A DNA stretch of 28,098 nt. Source: Ancylonema sp. Lineage: Eukaryota. The position numbers and the translations under genes are program-made. Positions 26,801-28,098 of the stretch are shown here, piece by piece. The notes beneath the pieces are model-generated. The model worked only from the letters and a program-made list of their open reading frames with translations. It did not search any database and was not told where the DNA came from. Each line of letters begins with the position of its first letter. Position 1 is the stretch's first letter. The stretch spans positions 62,001 through 90,098 of the forward strand of contig JBFLGF010000124.1 in NCBI GenBank assembly GCA_050230475.1, written 5' to 3'.

Positions 26801-28087
26801 CATAACTCCCCCCCCCCCTTCCTCACGCTTTGTCTCTTGAACAGCCCCTGCACCACAAACTTGATGATCTCGTTCTCCCTCAACTCAAACACGTGGGGCG
26901 CCCAGTGAGCAATGCTCTCCAGGGAACGCAGCACGGTCAGCAGCTGGGCGTCCTGGGCGTGGGCCAGGGAATCCACCAGGATCTGGTAGAGCCCTGGGAG
27001 GACCTGGTGGGAGATGGACATGGAGGCCAGGGTGGCCACCGCGTGCTTGGCCTCCTTCCGGGAACCTTCCAGGGCAGACTTCTTCAGGAGCTCAACAATG
27101 GTCCTGGAAACAAACCCCACCCCTCCTCCCTTCATCATTTTTCTGTAGCTCAAATTAAACCCCACCGAAAAGACGAACGCAAGGTGTCTTTTTTTTTTTC
27201 TGAGTTTTTTTTTCCCCCTTACTGGTCTTCCCCCCCCGGGGTGGTCTTCATGAGCGAGGACGCATGGGACACGACCAGCATGGCTCCGTCTTTCCTGCTC
27301 TGGTTCCCTTCCTTGATCATGGAAAAAAGGTCTTCCATGTGGGGCTCAAGGAGGGAAGGGAAGTGTTTGGAGACCTCCTGGAAGGAAAGAGACGAAAGAG
27401 TTGAGGAAGTACAGAATGTCAAGAAAATAAATACTGAATACTGAAGAAATGAGTACTTGATACAAAATGCATAACCCTGGATAATATGAATTTGACTCAG
27501 AATACTGAATACAGATTGCTGAGTACTGAATAGTGAATAGTGAATGCTGGATGACCTACAGCGCTCGTCTAGTGTGTTCGGCTTTGCTGTACCATCCTGG
27601 TTACGGTTACAGTTAAGGTTACGGTTACAATTACAGTTACGGTTACGGATACGGTTATGGTTATGGATATGGTTATGGTTACAGTGGGTAGTCGGGAAAG
27701 GTAGAGGAGAGAATGGAGAGGTACAGTCCCCCACATCAAATTTCAAAATCTGTCACAGGAGGGCGTCGTCCTCCCATCATCCATTACATCACCCCTTACA
27801 ACACCCTTTCATCAACCCTTACATCCCCCTTACATCACCCTTCTATCCCCCTTTCCCCATCCCTGCATCCCCCCTACATCCCCTCTCTCCCTCTCCTTTC
27901 TCACCGCCAGCAGTTTCATGGCCGCTCCTATGAGTTGCGGTGTGTCGTCCAGTTCCTGGCCCTGTAGCAGTTTGAAGACGGCCACCAAGTGGTCCGCCCC
28001 AAATAGAGTGAAGGACAGTTTGGTGGCCAGGGTGCGCAGTAGGGGAGACAGGGGGTGCTTCTCGCCCATGCGCTTCAACAGGTCGTC
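20861..28087 (-). CDS. PDS5: Sister chromatid cohesion protein PDS5 (plant type, HEAT repeats + Tudor), 3' part. Exons approx. 28087-27905, 27377-27223, 27103-26827, 26321-26107, 25735-25474, 25282-25083, 24689-24539, 23996-23850, 23765-?, ~23579-23415, 23145-23014, 22120-21215, 20893-20861
   Basis: LEGSRKEAKHAV, DRAHVRLSASKCLLHLSRR, AQDPCLQVRQQF...KYACAL, HPEFVLPYLVHVLAHHPDFP, NLYILCDIGL, Tudor LIGKRIRVWWPLDKKYYKG...H/VAYEDGDKEKVALRKERW, then a low-complexity tail. One in-frame TAG at 25540-25542. Confidence 0.9.
21087..21126 (+). repeat. (TTCATCG)n heptamer repeat in the last PDS5 intron
   Basis: Seen directly in the sequence. Confidence 0.85.
24134..24300 (+). repeat. Degenerate (TAT)n microsatellite in a PDS5 intron
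   Basis: Seen directly; it produces spurious poly-Ile and poly-Asn ORFs. Confidence 0.9.
27599..27682 (+). repeat. Degenerate (GGTTAY)n hexamer repeat in a PDS5 intron
   Basis: Seen directly in the sequence. Confidence 0.85.
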
Positions 28088-28098
28088 CTGGGGAGGGA

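Noticed and set aside
27599..27682. Telomere-like repeat
   Set aside because: The unit is GGTTAC/GGTTAT, not TTTAGGG or TTAGGG; it is short, degenerate and intronic.

Overview
Eukaryotic, intron-rich genomic window; the gene content suggests a green plant or streptophyte alga (inference). Host genes are the 3' end of a GT92 (galactan synthase-like) glycosyltransferase (+, 71-1219), a UMP-CMP kinase fused to a CaMKII association (hub) domain (-, ~5690-2183), URM1 (+, 6438-7664, head-to-head with the kinase) and the 3' half of a PDS5 cohesin regulator with a Tudor domain (-, 28087-20861). A ~9.9-kb decayed Ty3/Gypsy-type retroelement (10036-19929, 5-bp TSD GCCCT) lies between URM1 and PDS5. Its polyprotein order is Gag(CCHC) - protease - C5 cytosine DNA methyltransferase - RT/RNaseH (mostly deleted) - DDE integrase - PHD finger. 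Its terminal repeats are not a normal LTR pair but are split or permuted: A1-[self-complementary PBS...PPT]-B1-A2-B2. The RT priming signals define a B+A repeat, while the TG...CA ends and TSD lie at the start of A and the end of B. This architecture is the main candidate for a novel system. All calls come from manual reading; no searches were run.
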